NCBI GenBank assembly: GCA_028534125.1
Contig: CM052817.1
Span: 10,852,001-10,916,000, forward strand
Source of the DNA: Lama glama
Lineage: Eukaryota
DNA: 64,000 nt
Reading direction: 5' to 3'
How positions within the stretch are numbered: position 1 is the first letter of the stretch; the number at the start of each line of letters is the position of its first letter. Under the pieces are notes generated by a model. The model did not search any database. It worked only from the letters and a program-made list of their open reading frames with translations, and was not told the origin of the DNA. Below are positions 62,365 through 64,000 of the stretch, one piece after another. A program made the position numbers and the translations under genes.

Positions 62365-62800
62365 TAAGTTAGAGTGCTTTGATTGCAAGTAACATAAAAC
62401 CGAACTTAAATTAACTTAAATAATAATTGGAAATTTCAAAGATGGGTCAGGTTTCATGTATAGTAGAATCAGGGCTCTCGATCTCCTATTTGCCTTTCTC
62501 TCAGCACTTCCTGCCTCTCTGAATCCACCTTTACCTTCAGCTAGATTTTGTTTGTGGCTGTAAAAATTCTATACACTTTACTATCCAACAAAGCTCTGAG
62601 CTTCTTTTCTCAGTATCATACAATCAAAGCCTTAGGCTGCACTCATATTGAGTCAACTTGAGTTATATACCCATGCCCTAGGCTATTAGGGACTGTCAAG
62701 AGCATCTTCTAGATTTTATCTTTCACACAGTGTTAAGTGGGGTCTACATCCCACCAAATCTACACAATGGGAGATATCCTTAAAGAGGGAGAGAGGCTGG
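62365..62800 (-). mobile_element. MLT1 (K/L-like) LTR fragment
   Basis: agttagagtgctttgattgcaagtaacataaaaccgaacttaaattaacttaaa..atcagggctc. Confidence 0.5.
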
Positions 62801-64000
62801 ATATTAAATATCACCTCGTCTTCTTCCCCCAAAACTCATTTACATGGAAATTATTGACACCTGAACCTCTGACACTCTGAGCTAATGGACTGCATGTTCT
62901 TCCAGCCACTGCTTGCACATTCAGCGCTTTATTTTGGGGAACTAATCTCTAAGAATGTGATAGAGGGTTGTAATTTATCAGGCAGTCAGAGCACCCTGGT
63001 TTCATGTAAAGAATCATGCATATGTCTCTAATTGTTTTCCTTAATCCAACTCAGTAATCTTAGAGCTAGCTGGAAATTCATCTTAGATTCTAACAGTAAA
63101 TTATCTGTTAGAGCCCATATCAATTTTTTTCTGAATTTTTCAAAAGCTGAGACAGGTGATGATGGTCACTTCAATCAACTTCAAGAAATTTAAATTTCAC
63201 AAAATGTTATTTAAAATCCCACTATTTTATTTATCTATCTAGTTAATTATTCCATAAGTAAAATAAGAAACACATTCAATAAAACAATTTTAAACTGTCT
63301 CCTGTGAATGTGAATCAATTCTTGGATAAATAAAAGTATAGGTTAAAAAATAAATCAAGACCATATAATACAAACCAAACAAACAAGCAAACAACAAACG
63401 AGGTTAGTTACCCTTATTGTTGATAGTAATTGAATTCCCTCTAATTGAGCCTCAAATTTTGCTCTGAGCTTCCTGGCAGCCAAAGGAAAAATGGTCACAT
63501 ATTTGGTTACATCATTCTCAAGTATCAAAGTATACTAGTCCTTTAAAAGAATTAATTTTTTTCATAGAACTAAATGTTAAATAAATATAAGCCTATATAG
63601 GAGTTCTGAGCATTGTAGTAAAATGTCTTCCTTGTCAACATTCCTTTAAGAAATACAATCATTAAGCTCATCAGAACGTTTCTTATAGTGTGTTTCAACA
63701 TAAAATGAAATAACTGAAAATTATAATTAAAAATTACTCAATAAGGAGATTCTATGAGGGGCCAAATAATATGTGGCAAGTATGTGGCTGTCATGATTTA
63801 ATTTGATCTTAAGGCAAAGCTTTAAGTATCCTGATGAATACTTAGCCTCTGAATCTTTCAAATAATCTGTTTATTTCTTCACTCAAGCTTTTGATTGTGT
63901 TTTATGGTCTTTCATTCAATTCTTTCAACAACCTGAAATAATATTCTTATTCCTCTAAATTGCATTTCAGGAAGTGGAAGCTCAGAGGAGTGAAATGGTT

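Noticed and set aside
63200..63830. Possible hAT DNA-transposon fragment
   Set aside because: Only vague resemblance; I could not identify terminal repeats or the family.

Overview
Mammalian genomic DNA, intergenic or deep-intronic. The young L1 3' ends look cetartiodactyl and most resemble camelid L1; this is from recalled consensus and was not searched. I found no cellular protein-coding exon, tRNA or rRNA. Much of the window is ancient eutherian interspersed repeat: MIR, L2, L3/CR1, L1M, MLT1/MLT2 LTRs, MER21, LTR16-like, MER5, MER20 and Tigger15a. The dominant feature is a 5'-complete, + strand LINE-1 at ~41695-47872. It has a YY1-type start, a 1.7 kb 5'UTR, an uninterrupted 300-aa ORF1 and a heavily disabled ORF2 whose RT core lies in a 500-N gap. 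There are also two 5'-truncated copies of related younger L1s and a solo ERV1-type LTR. Several repeat-poor unique blocks (27.9-31.0, 36.0-37.3, 50.5-51.2 and 54.6-56.0 kb) look like candidate conserved non-coding elements. Two of them contain conspicuous fold-back stems (30148-30234, 36862-36933). Repeat subfamily names come from memory of consensus sequences and their boundaries are approximate. I cannot support a novel multi-gene system; the best leads are the selectively intact L1 ORF1 and the two hairpins.
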